This document shows, piece by piece, positions 19,195-28,447 of a DNA stretch of 64,000 nt. Numbering within the stretch: position 1 is the first letter of the stretch; the number at the start of each line of letters is the position of its first letter. A model generated the notes under the pieces. The model was not told the origin of the DNA and ran no database searches. It saw only the letters and a program-made list of their open reading frames with translations. This DNA comes from Candidatus Bathyarchaeia archaeon (GTDB lineage Archaea; Thermoproteota; Bathyarchaeia; Bathyarchaeales; Bathycorpusculaceae): the NCBI GenBank assembly GCA_038727135.1, contig JAVYWL010000003.1, positions 160,001-224,000 on the forward strand, in the 5' to 3' direction. Both the position numbers and the translations under genes were made by a program.

Positions 19195-20241
19195 CTATTC
19201 TAAACCCTTAAACAGCCAAGACAAGTCTGGCATCTTCGCCCTTTTATCGATTTTCTCAGCCAAGGCGTGAACCACTATTGGTAAGGCTATTGTTGCATCA
19301 CAGTAGCACTGCACATTCCGCCCTTCCTTGGCTTCCTTACCCCAGCTTATGGCTTCTTCAAAAGTGCAGCCCGACAAGCCGCCCCAATGAGGCGCGTCAG
19401 TTGTAATCTGTATGGCGTACTTGTGAGGATAGGTCCTCTCGTATTTTCTGGATTCTGTTAGACTTCTCCCAACAGTGGTTAGTTGGATGAAGTCTTTTGG
19501 CACACCGCCACCGATGTAGATTACGGCGCTTTCTGGAGCTGCCCTAGCCTTAATATCAACAAGCTGTTCAAAGTCCCGCATTTGGTCTATTGTTATGTCG
19601 AAGTTGCTTTCAAGTTTCCTGTTTAGGAGGTATGCGATTCCATAGCCACTGTCAACTATGGCTGGGCAGAAGACTGGCACTTTGTTCTCATAGGCTGTTG
19701 CAATTATGCTTTTAATCCCCATTTGTGAAAGCTCTTTCCCGAATAAGTGGAGAAACTCAGCTGAGGAATATTTGCGGTTTGGACTTAACTTCTTCATGAA
19801 GTTGGCGATTAGGCTTTCCATTTGGCGGTATTCAAGCTCGTCTGCAAAAACGTCGTAAAAGCGGTCAATTTTATATTGCAAAAGTTGGTGGTCATCCACC
19901 ATATGGTGCCCCTGCCAGTAAGTGCCACCCATGGCTTCCAAAATGTCCTCGGATATGTTTGCGCCCGTAGAAACTATAACGTCAATGAAGCGATGTTCAA
20001 TAAGCCAGTTAACAATTTTCCACTGTCCAGTGGTGCTCATGGAACCGGCATAGCCAAAAAATATTACAACGTCGTCTTTGAGCATTTCCTCCCATACTTC
20101 AACCACTTCGCCAAGTTTTCTGCCTTGAAAACCAGTTTTAGCCATTTCTGCAAGCAGTTCTGAAATTTTCTTCGGAGTTTTAACTTCTATTGGCTCAAGC
20201 TTCCTTTTAAAGAATGGAGTTTGTCTTTTCTCCCTTATCAC
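19195..20241 (-). CDS. Deoxyhypusine synthase-like paralog (possible homospermidine synthase)
   Basis: TGFQG, STGAN, GGGVPKDF, DAPHWGGLSGCTFEEAISWGK. Confidence 0.85.
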   Translation of the reverse strand: MIREKRQTPFFKRKLEPIEVKTPKKISELLAEMAKTGFQGRKLGEVVEVWEEMLKDDVVIFFGYAGSMSTTGQWKIVNWLIEHRFIDVIVSTGANISEDILEAMGGTYWQGHHMVDDHQLLQYKIDRFYDVFADELEYRQMESLIANFMKKLSPNRKYSSAEFLHLFGKELSQMGIKSIIATAYENKVPVFCPAIVDSGYGIAYLLNRKLESNFDITIDQMRDFEQLVDIKARAAPESAVIYIGGGVPKDFIQLTTVGRSLTESRKYERTYPHKYAIQITTDAPHWGGLSGCTFEEAISWGKEAKEGRNVQCYCDATIALPIVVHALAEKIDKRAKMPDLSWLFKGLE

Positions 20242-20338
20242 CGAATTTCAACTCCACAATTTTGGAATGCTTTATTTTCAAAACCTCACTTTTAAATTTT
20301 TAGTTTCCGGAAAACTCGCCATCAGCCTGTGCCCAAAA

Positions 20339-21316
20339 TTAAAAGGTGTAGAGGTTTCCAACACTGTTCCAAACGAAGGCTTCAGGCATGGCTTCTGCCA
20401 TTGCAAAGGCACCCCTCCAACCAGTGCAGTGCATAGGTGCAACCAATTCTGGCTTTAAGCGTTTAAGTGCTTCCACAGTCTTATCTATGCGCTCTTCGCA
20501 ATTTTTGCCGGACAAGTGGAAACCGCCAATTATGGCGTGGATCTTTTCGATCCCGGTTATTTCCCGAACATAAAGCACCGTGTTAACTATTCCAGCGTGG
20601 GCACAACCGGACAATATGATAAGCCCCTTATTTTTGACATGGACAGCTAATGCTCGGTCGTCCCAAATCCAAGGGTCCGGCTGCCATTCACCGTCAACAA
20701 GGGCGCGCTGCCGTGCATAGCCCTTCTCAAAATCAGTTATTCTTGGTATTTCGCCAGTCACAAGCACCGTGCCATCAGCCAGCAAATATGGCTCCTTTGT
20801 TTTAACGAATTTGGCTGGACGAATTTGAGCCTCCCTTGGGAATTCTGGATATCGCCTAACAGAACCGTCTGGTTCGGCTGCTCCTCTCGTTTTAAACATG
20901 TCCTCATGCACTATTATTGGTAAGTCGACTTTACTGATGGCTTTGATAAAGCTTAGCAGTCCGCCGAAATGGTCATAATGCCCATGAGACAAGACAACAG
21001 CCTCAATCTGCCCAAGGTTTATGCCCATACCATATGCGTTTGAAATCGCTCCCATAGGGCTTACACCAGTGTCAAAGAGCAAACTGTGCGGCTTTCCATT
21101 GTAGTACACCGTAACAAGCATTGACAAACCATGCTCAGCTATTGGTAGACGAAAATTCTCCTCAACCCACCCCTTGCCCATGCGCCTCGCAACCCAACTT
21201 CTAACGCCTTGGACTTCCCGCCGGTTAATGGATGATGTGAAGTCTATACAGTTGTCCATTAAACATATTACTTCTAGGCTTTCAGCCTCCCTGAGTGATA
21301 CTCCTTTACAAGACAA
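20339..21316 (-). CDS. MBL-fold metallo-hydrolase, MJ0301/pterin-biosynthesis-like family
   Basis: AEHGLS, LFDTG, SHGHYDHFGG, SGCAHAG, GGFHL, PMHCTG; start placed at TTG 21316 after GGTGGTG. Confidence 0.8.
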   Translation of the reverse strand: MSCKGVSLREAESLEVICLMDNCIDFTSSINRREVQGVRSWVARRMGKGWVEENFRLPIAEHGLSMLVTVYYNGKPHSLLFDTGVSPMGAISNAYGMGINLGQIEAVVLSHGHYDHFGGLLSFIKAISKVDLPIIVHEDMFKTRGAAEPDGSVRRYPEFPREAQIRPAKFVKTKEPYLLADGTVLVTGEIPRITDFEKGYARQRALVDGEWQPDPWIWDDRALAVHVKNKGLIILSGCAHAGIVNTVLYVREITGIEKIHAIIGGFHLSGKNCEERIDKTVEALKRLKPELVAPMHCTGWRGAFAMAEAMPEAFVWNSVGNLYTF

Positions 21317-21338
21317 CCGGCACCACCATCCGCGCCTG

Positions 21339-22097
21339 TTAGAGGAACAGGTCCTTCTCCCTTGGTCTAATAAGCTCCGTAGCCCTTGCATCCTCGGACT
21401 TTATGTACTTGTAGCCGCGGATAATAGCCACCGGAATGCCTTCATCCGCCTGCCCAATAACAAGCTCAGCCGCCGAGCAGAGCTCATCGGCAACAGCTGT
21501 CTGCTTAACCCGCAAAACATAGCCGAATAAGTCCTTTTCGCCTCTGCGGTCTCTTATGGGCTTCAAGCCTGAAACGCCAACAGCAACATTAATTTCGCCC
21601 TCCCGCAGGGGTCTGCCATGCGTGTCGGAAATTATGACAGCCACATCACAGCCAGTTAAACGCTTAATCTCATGCCTAATCTTGGCGGCGGAAGCGTCGG
21701 GGTCTTCTGGGAGCAAAGCCACAAAGCGTTCTCCGGGCACGTTAGACTTGTCAACCCCAGAATTGGCGCAGACAAACCCATGCCTTGTCTCGGTGATTAT
21801 TTTTCCATCAGCCATACGCCTAATGCCCTTTGCCTCCCTAAGGACAACCTCAACCATGGCGGGGTCCTTGTCGTAAAGCTCTGCAATGGTCTTCGCAAAA
21901 AGCGAAGGCGTCACCTCATCCAAGTTTACAACCCGCCCCTCAGCCCTCGAAACAACAACATGTGTAACAACTATTATGTCGCCATCCTGTATTGGCGTCC
22001 CTTGACGCTCAGCAGCCTTACAAATAAGCTCTGCAAGGTTGTCTCCAGCCTTTATAATTGGTAAGCCTTCAACACCAATTATCTGAATTACGTTCAT
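21339..22097 (-). CDS. cofE: Coenzyme F420-0:L-glutamate ligase
   Basis: SRAEGR, CANSGVDKSN, LLPEDPDASA, SDTHGRPLR, ADEL. Confidence 0.92.
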   Translation of the reverse strand: MNVIQIIGVEGLPIIKAGDNLAELICKAAERQGTPIQDGDIIVVTHVVVSRAEGRVVNLDEVTPSLFAKTIAELYDKDPAMVEVVLREAKGIRRMADGKIITETRHGFVCANSGVDKSNVPGERFVALLPEDPDASAAKIRHEIKRLTGCDVAVIISDTHGRPLREGEINVAVGVSGLKPIRDRRGEKDLFGYVLRVKQTAVADELCSAAELVIGQADEGIPVAIIRGYKYIKSEDARATELIRPREKDLFL

Positions 22098-22245
22098 GAA
22101 ACATCCACAACATGTTACTATGCTGGCGTTCTTTATAATTTCCGCTTTCTAAAGCAAAAGCATGTTTTACATCATGTTTTCATTGGTTGTATGCAAAAAT
22201 TTTTAATGTTGAAGTCGCCTCTCTCTAAAGGCGAGATGAGTTTCA

Positions 22246-22971
22246 ATGAAAATACTGCATGAGTTTGTCCCTACACGTAAATTTTTGAAACTTGCCGAGG
22301 AAGTTAAAGACCTTGTGGATGGATGGAACATAACCGACAGCGCCGCCGGAATGCCGGCGCCCAGCGGCACAGCCGTGGGCTGCGTCCTAAAAACCAAATA
22401 CCCAGACAAAATCGTCATACCAATATTCATACTCCACTACAAGGGACCAGTCGAGGTTGGAGGCTTGGCTTTAGCCGCAGACGCCGTAGGCTTGGATGGG
22501 CTAGTGCTAACAATGGGAGACATACCAAAATATGGAGAGCCAATAAAAATGTTTAAGTCTTCAGAGGAAGCCAGAGACTTTCTACGCACAACAATACGCC
22601 TAAAAAATGTCAAACTGGGATGCTTACTTACAGCACGCCGAACCATCGAGGAGACAATAGCAAGAGCCAAAGAACCATGGGACTTCGTCTTCTTCATGAG
22701 ACTTGAAGACAAAACCTTCCCAGCACTGGAGCAAGTGGCAAAGGAATGCAAACGCCTAAACAAGCCCATATACACATACTTCCTTGTCGGAACACCCAAA
22801 AACGCAGAAATGGTCAAACTAATCGGGTGGCCTGTGACAACAACCATGGAAAGGGTTGAGGAAACAGCATCAAAACTTGAGGGTTTAGTGGACGGCGTAA
22901 TAGCAACATGCGCCGGAGACTACGACGGCGACAAAGAACTTCTAACAAGGCTTCAAAAGTTTAGAAAATGA
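22246..22971 (+). CDS. MetF-like FAD-linked oxidoreductase (methylenetetrahydrofolate reductase family)
   Basis: N-terminal E, NITDSAAG and LVLTMGD patterns of MTHFR-type TIM barrels; short archaeal form. Confidence 0.6.
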   Translation: MKILHEFVPTRKFLKLAEEVKDLVDGWNITDSAAGMPAPSGTAVGCVLKTKYPDKIVIPIFILHYKGPVEVGGLALAADAVGLDGLVLTMGDIPKYGEPIKMFKSSEEARDFLRTTIRLKNVKLGCLLTARRTIEETIARAKEPWDFVFFMRLEDKTFPALEQVAKECKRLNKPIYTYFLVGTPKNAEMVKLIGWPVTTTMERVEETASKLEGLVDGVIATCAGDYDGDKELLTRLQKFRK

Positions 22972-23057
22972 GTCCGTTAAAACCGCCAAACACCCTTCCA
23001 CTCTTTTACTTTACATTTTTCTAAAACTAAATCCAAGAATTAAACGCGGAAAAATTT

Positions 23058-23231
23058 CTAGAGGCTTCCTCGGCGGAGACCTCCTAAAACACTTCATAAT
23101 CGATGAGGCCGACAGGGAACAGAAAAGCGGCATAAAAAGGTTTGGGATAAACTATTACAGTGGCAAGCAGGGTGATGAAAAGTCTTGAAGATTCAATTCG
23201 TCTCGCTAAAGTTGTTATGGAGGTAGGATGA
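23058..23231 (+). pseudogene. cofD: Degenerate 3' remnant of cofD (2-phospho-L-lactate transferase)
   Basis: Frame-shifted pieces LEAS / DLLKHFIIDEADREQKSGIKRFGI / TITVASRVMKSLEDSIRLAKVVME resemble the CofD C-terminus; cofE is nearby. Confidence 0.55.
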
Positions 23232-23236
23232 TTGGG

Positions 23237-23431
23237 CTATATTTCGCGGATATCGCATTTCAGCTTCTTTATAACTTCTTCAGCCTTTGAAGGCTCAACT
23301 TTGAGGGTGTAGAGCATTTTTGGTGTGCGAAGCTTCAGTTTTACAACGTCTTTTAGGCGCTTGACTGCGCAGTACTCTGCTCTCTCACTTATTTCAACGA
23401 ATTTGTCTACGTCGAAGATTTCCGTCGGCAT
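23237..23431 (-). CDS. rpl38e: 50S ribosomal protein eL38
   Basis: MPTEIFDVDKF...VKLKLRTPKMLYTLKV matches the eL38 pattern. Confidence 0.85.
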   Translation of the reverse strand: MPTEIFDVDKFVEISERAEYCAVKRLKDVVKLKLRTPKMLYTLKVEPSKAEEVIKKLKCDIREI

Positions 23432-23466
23432 GCTAAAGTCTCCAAGCTGATGCTCTTTGGCCAAAT

Positions 23467-24576
23467 CTAATTTTTATCTGTTTTGGTCTTCCACCTGCCC
23501 TTAAGCCTATCACAGAACTTGAAAAGCTCTTTTCGTGTTGGGTGTTTGCCTTCCGGGTTTGATATGTAGTAGGCTGCAACAGCATTAGCCAACGTAAGCC
23601 TAACAGCGTCGCTTAACTCATAAACAGTTCCGAGTATGTTACCAGCATTCCAAGTGTCTCCAGCGCCGGTCGCCCTCAAAACAGGGACATGGAAGGCTGG
23701 AACAAGTGTTTCTTTATTCCTTGTGAAGGTTGCAGAATATTCTGTTGTGTGGAGGTCTATCCTCGCCCTTAAATGGGAAGCTAAAAACTTTGCGGACTCT
23801 CTTGCCAACTCTTCAAAATTCAAGCCTTTCCCGGGTTTTTCAGCTTTCCCCTTCAGAAGCGAGGCAAAAAAGACTGCCTCATTCTCGTTTAGGCTTAAAA
23901 CGTCCACCAAATCGCTTTGCAGAACCCTATCAAGCAGTTTTTTGGCTTTTCCCATGTTTGGGGTTGGGTCAGCGGGGTCAAAATAGGTTTTGCCATGTCC
24001 CCTTGATTTGGCGTGACGGAAAACAGTTTCAGCTAGTTCAGTGCCATATTTTCTTGTTCCAGCCCAGTTGAAAACGCAAATGCAATCAGCCCCTTCTATG
24101 GCTTCAAAGTCTTCAGCGTCTAGGTTTTGTGACCCAAAATCTGCCAATGAACCAACATCCCTAAGCATGACGTTTGCTTTTCCATTATCGGTTTTGAATT
24201 CTAATGCTGTTGTTATTGAGGGCTTTTCCACAATTTTTATATGGTTTAAGTTGATTCTCGGCGATTTTGCATAGAATTTGATTAGATGAAGCCCGAGCTT
24301 GTCGGTGCAAACTATTGGCGTGACATTTACGCCTAAGCTTGCCAAAGCGGCGGCGGTGTTTATGGCGTTTCCACCCCTAAACTCTTTCTGGCTTATTTCA
24401 TCTATGCTTCCGCCCTTCCTTTCCACAACATCCACAACTATCCTGAAAAAGTTGCCTGGACTTGTGTTCACGTTTACGAACCTGTCAAGAAAGAAGTCTG
24501 GCATTACAACGACTTCAGCTTCTCTTTGCCGAGTTTTTAGAAAATTCTTAACTTCGTCCAAATATTTGTCCAGCAA
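23467..24576 (-). CDS. PfkB/ribokinase-family carbohydrate kinase
   Basis: GGNAINTA, NENEA, ATGAGDTWNAG. Confidence 0.85.
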   Translation of the reverse strand: MLDKYLDEVKNFLKTRQREAEVVVMPDFFLDRFVNVNTSPGNFFRIVVDVVERKGGSIDEISQKEFRGGNAINTAAALASLGVNVTPIVCTDKLGLHLIKFYAKSPRINLNHIKIVEKPSITTALEFKTDNGKANVMLRDVGSLADFGSQNLDAEDFEAIEGADCICVFNWAGTRKYGTELAETVFRHAKSRGHGKTYFDPADPTPNMGKAKKLLDRVLQSDLVDVLSLNENEAVFFASLLKGKAEKPGKGLNFEELARESAKFLASHLRARIDLHTTEYSATFTRNKETLVPAFHVPVLRATGAGDTWNAGNILGTVYELSDAVRLTLANAVAAYYISNPEGKHPTRKELFKFCDRLKGRWKTKTDKN

Positions 24577-24632
24577 GTTTTACCCTTCCAAACAACGTAT
24601 TGCCAACAGAACAGAATTAACTCTTTTGAGCG

Positions 24633-25454
24633 CTATCCGCCCATAAAAAGGCGAACTAAAGCCCATACAACGTCTCCGTAAACCAATGCCAAAACTAAGC
24701 CGGCAGTCATGAAAATTAGCATTGGCAGTCCCGGTGTCGCCCAAACTTTTTCGGAGATTTTTCCCGCCTCAATGGCGTTCTCCAGCCTTTTCACTATGGC
24801 TTCTCTCTCCTCATCTTTTGGCAGAACTAGGAGTTTCCTTTTTACTTCGCCTTCCTCTGTGTTTTCCACGTCTTCTAAGGGGTATATATGCCATTTTTCC
24901 TTCAACTTTTTAATGGGAACCTTATAGCCAGTTGCAAGAATCAAAAGCCTTTTACCTATTGACGCTTCTCGTTGTTCCCCCTCAAAGAGTGGGTTGCCAG
25001 TCCTTATACGCCATAGAAGATTATGGAATAGTAGGTATACGGCTGTTAGAGCTGCCAAAATAACAGAATTGCTGAAAACCGTTACTGGAAAAAACATTTT
25101 CATTATTGGTGAGGCTTCGCCCATTAAGGGTTTTAGAAGCTCTAATGGATAGAAGGGAAAAGCCAAAGCTAAACACATCAAAGCTTTGGCGTCCGCCCCA
25201 CCGAAGCCCCCGGCGTAGAAGAGGATTATGGCGAAGGCTGATGTTAAGCCGAAGCATAAGCCATAGAAGATTAGGGCATCAAGGTCGAAAAGGAAAAGTT
25301 CAGCAAAAGTTAGTGCGAAAGCTGGTGGAGCAAAAAGAACCCAGACGTTATTGCTTACCTCACGCGTTTTGTAGTCGCTCCAAGAAGCATAAAATAGGAA
25401 AAATGTTGTTAAACCTATTTTGGTGGCTTCGATGAGGGCTTGCATTTTAGTCAC
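24633..25454 (-). CDS. Prepilin/preflagellin peptidase (A24, PibD/FlaK-like)
   Basis: ASWSDYKTREV, GGFGGADAK, WATPGLPML. Confidence 0.9.
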   Translation of the reverse strand: MTKMQALIEATKIGLTTFFLFYASWSDYKTREVSNNVWVLFAPPAFALTFAELFLFDLDALIFYGLCFGLTSAFAIILFYAGGFGGADAKALMCLALAFPFYPLELLKPLMGEASPIMKMFFPVTVFSNSVILAALTAVYLLFHNLLWRIRTGNPLFEGEQREASIGKRLLILATGYKVPIKKLKEKWHIYPLEDVENTEEGEVKRKLLVLPKDEEREAIVKRLENAIEAGKISEKVWATPGLPMLIFMTAGLVLALVYGDVVWALVRLFMGG

Positions 25455-25532
25455 TGCTTATTTTGGGTTTAGAAAAGTACTTTATAACACTTAACGAAAG
25501 CTGAATTTAAAAACTTAAAATTTTGAGGGGAT

Positions 25533-25982
25533 TTATGGTGATGCTGGTGATTTGGCGCTGCCTTCCGCTGCCGGTCCGGTTGATGGAGCAACCTTGAAAT
25601 AGTATGTTGTTTGAGGCTCCCACTGATAAGTGATCGTTATTTCTATAGTTCCTCCATTAGCTGCAACAACCTTACTATTTGGGTTGAAAGTTACATTACT
25701 TTGCGGCACAAGATTTTCTGAAGATTTACCCACATAGACTGTACCTATTGTTGCGTCTGATGTTCCCGTGTTTCTAACATATAACTTGATGGTGTTGCTG
25801 TCCGGCCAGTTCACAGCCTCTATGTTGAGTTGTATGCCAGCCTGGTGTCCTGCGCTGCGCATGTATATCATTATCCATGCATATGTGACGACTATGGCGG
25901 CTACGGCTATTACTATTAGTAGGAGGGTTGCGAGGATCGGGGATATACCCCTTCTAGATTTTAGGAGAGTTTTGGTTTTCAT
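25533..25982 (-). CDS. Archaeal type IV pilin (probable major pilin)
   Basis: Class III signal peptide RRG|ISPILATLLLIVIAVAA; YVRNTG. Confidence 0.88.
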   Translation of the reverse strand: MKTKTLLKSRRGISPILATLLLIVIAVAAIVVTYAWIMIYMRSAGHQAGIQLNIEAVNWPDSNTIKLYVRNTGTSDATIGTVYVGKSSENLVPQSNVTFNPNSKVVAANGGTIEITITYQWEPQTTYYFKVAPSTGPAAEGSAKSPASP

Positions 25983-26073
25983 GATGTTTGCACCTTCTGC
26001 TGGTTTATGAAATCTGAAGAATACTTATTTAACTTGTATGAACCCTCAATGTGGATTTCAAGTAAGTTTCGCA

Positions 26074-28446
26074 CTAAGCGATTACCTCCACCTTTGGAGG
26101 ATGCTCAACAATAACCCACAAACCAACACCATTCCTATAAATGAAGTCGGTGCCAGACTGAATTGTAACAACAGCACCAAACCATGTGATATCGAGCGAA
26201 AAATTAAAGGAGGCTGACTGAAGTTTAATAGGCGAAACCTCAATGACATTCTGAAATGGCTGTACTTCCACTTGCAATTCATACAACCGCTGGTCAGCAG
26301 AATTGCTCTTGCTCACCAGCTTCACGTATCTGCCTTGAGCTTGAAAAGCTCCACTATGAACCCAGCTATCGCCGGCAACGGCCCCACTCCATACGGCAGA
26401 GCCCCAGCTTGAAGGGTTGTTGCTAACGTAAACTTCTATGCCAGCTGTGCCGCCCCAATCATAAGTGCTGCCGCTCGGCTGGTAAATCCTTATCCTTGAA
26501 ACAGTCGTCGACGAGCCCAGATCATAGATTATCCAGTGATAGCATTGAGCGTTATGTTGCCAATAAGTCGAGGTACGCCCATCTATTGAGCGATCGGCAG
26601 TATTGCTACCTGAGTAACCGCAGCTGCTGTGCACCGAACTTGGCGTCAACCATCGTCCTGTGGTGGTTACGTTTAAGATTCCTGTGTTTGGTTTAGCAAT
26701 CTTATCAAAGAAGTAAAGTTTAATATTGCCTAAAGTGGTGAACATTACTCCCGCGCCAGCACTACTCGTATAGTTATATTGGGTCCAATGGTGTTGCCAC
26801 AGTCCATCAGAGAAATTGTAGAAGGCATAGCTACCTACATACGTCTCAACTGCTAAGGGGATTCCATTGCTTGTGCCGTTTTCAGTTAAAACCTTAAGTT
26901 TAGTTTTCCAATCGCTTGAAATTGTTATTGGGGTGAGGTTAGTTATTACCCTATCTTCCGGACATGTTGAAGCGTTTACAAAAATCAGTCTTAAGGCGTA
27001 TGTGTAATAGGTTGCGTTTGCCGGAAATGTCAGAACTATTTGGGCGTATGTGTTAGGAAAGCCCCAATTGGTGTAGCCTGACCATTCAGCTTCTTGCTGT
27101 ATAATGTCCCTCACAGTACCGTTTATTATTGGGAAGGATGGTGAAGCATAGAATTTTGCCGAATGCCCGTTTATCTGCATGAAGTCAGCTCTGCTTGTAG
27201 CGGTTTGAACGTAGAAAGTTCCACTACCGCTGTTGTAGGTTATGTTCACTTGAGTTAAACCGTTATTTAAGATGGCGACCGCTCCACCACCACTAGCACT
27301 TACTATTCTGTCATTAAAACTTCTCATGGTTGCGTATGGTGTTTGTTGGGCGTTGTCTCTTCCATCCCACCATATTGTCACATTTTTTATGTTGTGGTCT
27401 ACTAGGAAGACTATCATGTTTCTGCTCGAAAACAGTGTTTCACTGCTGCTCCTGCCAAGGGGAACTTTGTAGTTGGATGCCCAGTCCTCAACTTGGAAGG
27501 GTATCTGTTTGGCTTCCAGGTGGTTGGGGTCTGCGTTTGCGCTTACTCTTAGGCACTTAATTGGCAGTTGTGGGATTGGATATCCGTCTAGAAGTTTTTG
27601 TCCAAGCCATAGCAGTGTCCCATTTTGGAGAACTTCAACAACGATTTTATCGTTTTTTAGTTGGGTGTAGATGCCTTGCATTCCAGTGGCGTTCCAGTCG
27701 AAAACATAAGTTATCTGGGGCTTCTTGCGTGTCGAATAAAAGCTGATAGTAGTTATTCCTCTAGGATCTGAAACTTCCAGTAAGAAACATTTCTTGTCTA
27801 CTTTTTGTGTTGGAATCCCTAAAAGGTATAGGCTGTTTTCGTTTGAAAAACTTGAGGCTTGCTGCTTCATCCAGTTTGAAGTTGCATTATCATAATAGTA
27901 GAATAGGAAGTTTTCATTGGTTAGCCCAAGATATGGGCGGCTCTCGTCGAGTGTGACATTAACCTTAACTGTGTTGTCTGCCACCTCGATTATCTCGACT
28001 CTTAGGGCGCAGAAAGTCTCATAGTTTATGTTGTTTAGGCGTAGACTTAAAAGGTCGTAGGATGCTTTAAGATAGCCCATGCTATAGCTGGAGGTTTCAT
28101 ACCAGCGAACTGAAAAGTTCATGTCAGAAATTCCAATGGAAGGGTTAAGCTCCGGATGGGAGTTTGCGATAAATTCGAAGCCACTGCTTAAGTAGTTGCG
28201 TGCTAGGTTTCGGGCAAAGGACGCGTTGCCAGTCACCTGTAGTACAGAGCAGTAATAGCCAACAGCGAACTCTAGCATCTGCTTCAAAGAATTGTTAATC
28301 TCGTAAATCGACGATGAAACGTTGGTTTGCTCTTTAGGAAGTGAAAAGTTAATTATGGAGTATGTGACGGCAACAGCAGATATGAGGATTATAGCCAACA
28401 GGGCGGCGGCAATTATTGAAAACTGCCCTTTAACAGCACCACGCAT
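26074..28446 (-). CDS. Large minor pilin/adhesin with a discoidin (F5/8 type C) domain
   Basis: KG|QFSIIAAALL class III signal; IDG...YW...WIIYDLG...RYVKL...LYELQV discoidin pattern near the C-terminus; ATG 28446 after AGGAGG. Confidence 0.72.
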   Translation of the reverse strand: MRGAVKGQFSIIAAALLAIILISAVAVTYSIINFSLPKEQTNVSSSIYEINNSLKQMLEFAVGYYCSVLQVTGNASFARNLARNYLSSGFEFIANSHPELNPSIGISDMNFSVRWYETSSYSMGYLKASYDLLSLRLNNINYETFCALRVEIIEVADNTVKVNVTLDESRPYLGLTNENFLFYYYDNATSNWMKQQASSFSNENSLYLLGIPTQKVDKKCFLLEVSDPRGITTISFYSTRKKPQITYVFDWNATGMQGIYTQLKNDKIVVEVLQNGTLLWLGQKLLDGYPIPQLPIKCLRVSANADPNHLEAKQIPFQVEDWASNYKVPLGRSSSETLFSSRNMIVFLVDHNIKNVTIWWDGRDNAQQTPYATMRSFNDRIVSASGGGAVAILNNGLTQVNITYNSGSGTFYVQTATSRADFMQINGHSAKFYASPSFPIINGTVRDIIQQEAEWSGYTNWGFPNTYAQIVLTFPANATYYTYALRLIFVNASTCPEDRVITNLTPITISSDWKTKLKVLTENGTSNGIPLAVETYVGSYAFYNFSDGLWQHHWTQYNYTSSAGAGVMFTTLGNIKLYFFDKIAKPNTGILNVTTTGRWLTPSSVHSSCGYSGSNTADRSIDGRTSTYWQHNAQCYHWIIYDLGSSTTVSRIRIYQPSGSTYDWGGTAGIEVYVSNNPSSWGSAVWSGAVAGDSWVHSGAFQAQGRYVKLVSKSNSADQRLYELQVEVQPFQNVIEVSPIKLQSASFNFSLDITWFGAVVTIQSGTDFIYRNGVGLWVIVEHPPKVEVIA

Positions 28447-28447
28447 T

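Noticed and set aside
23172-23200. GTGATGA as a possible C box of a second C/D sRNA
   Set aside because: No properly spaced CTGA boxes; the region is better explained as a cofD remnant
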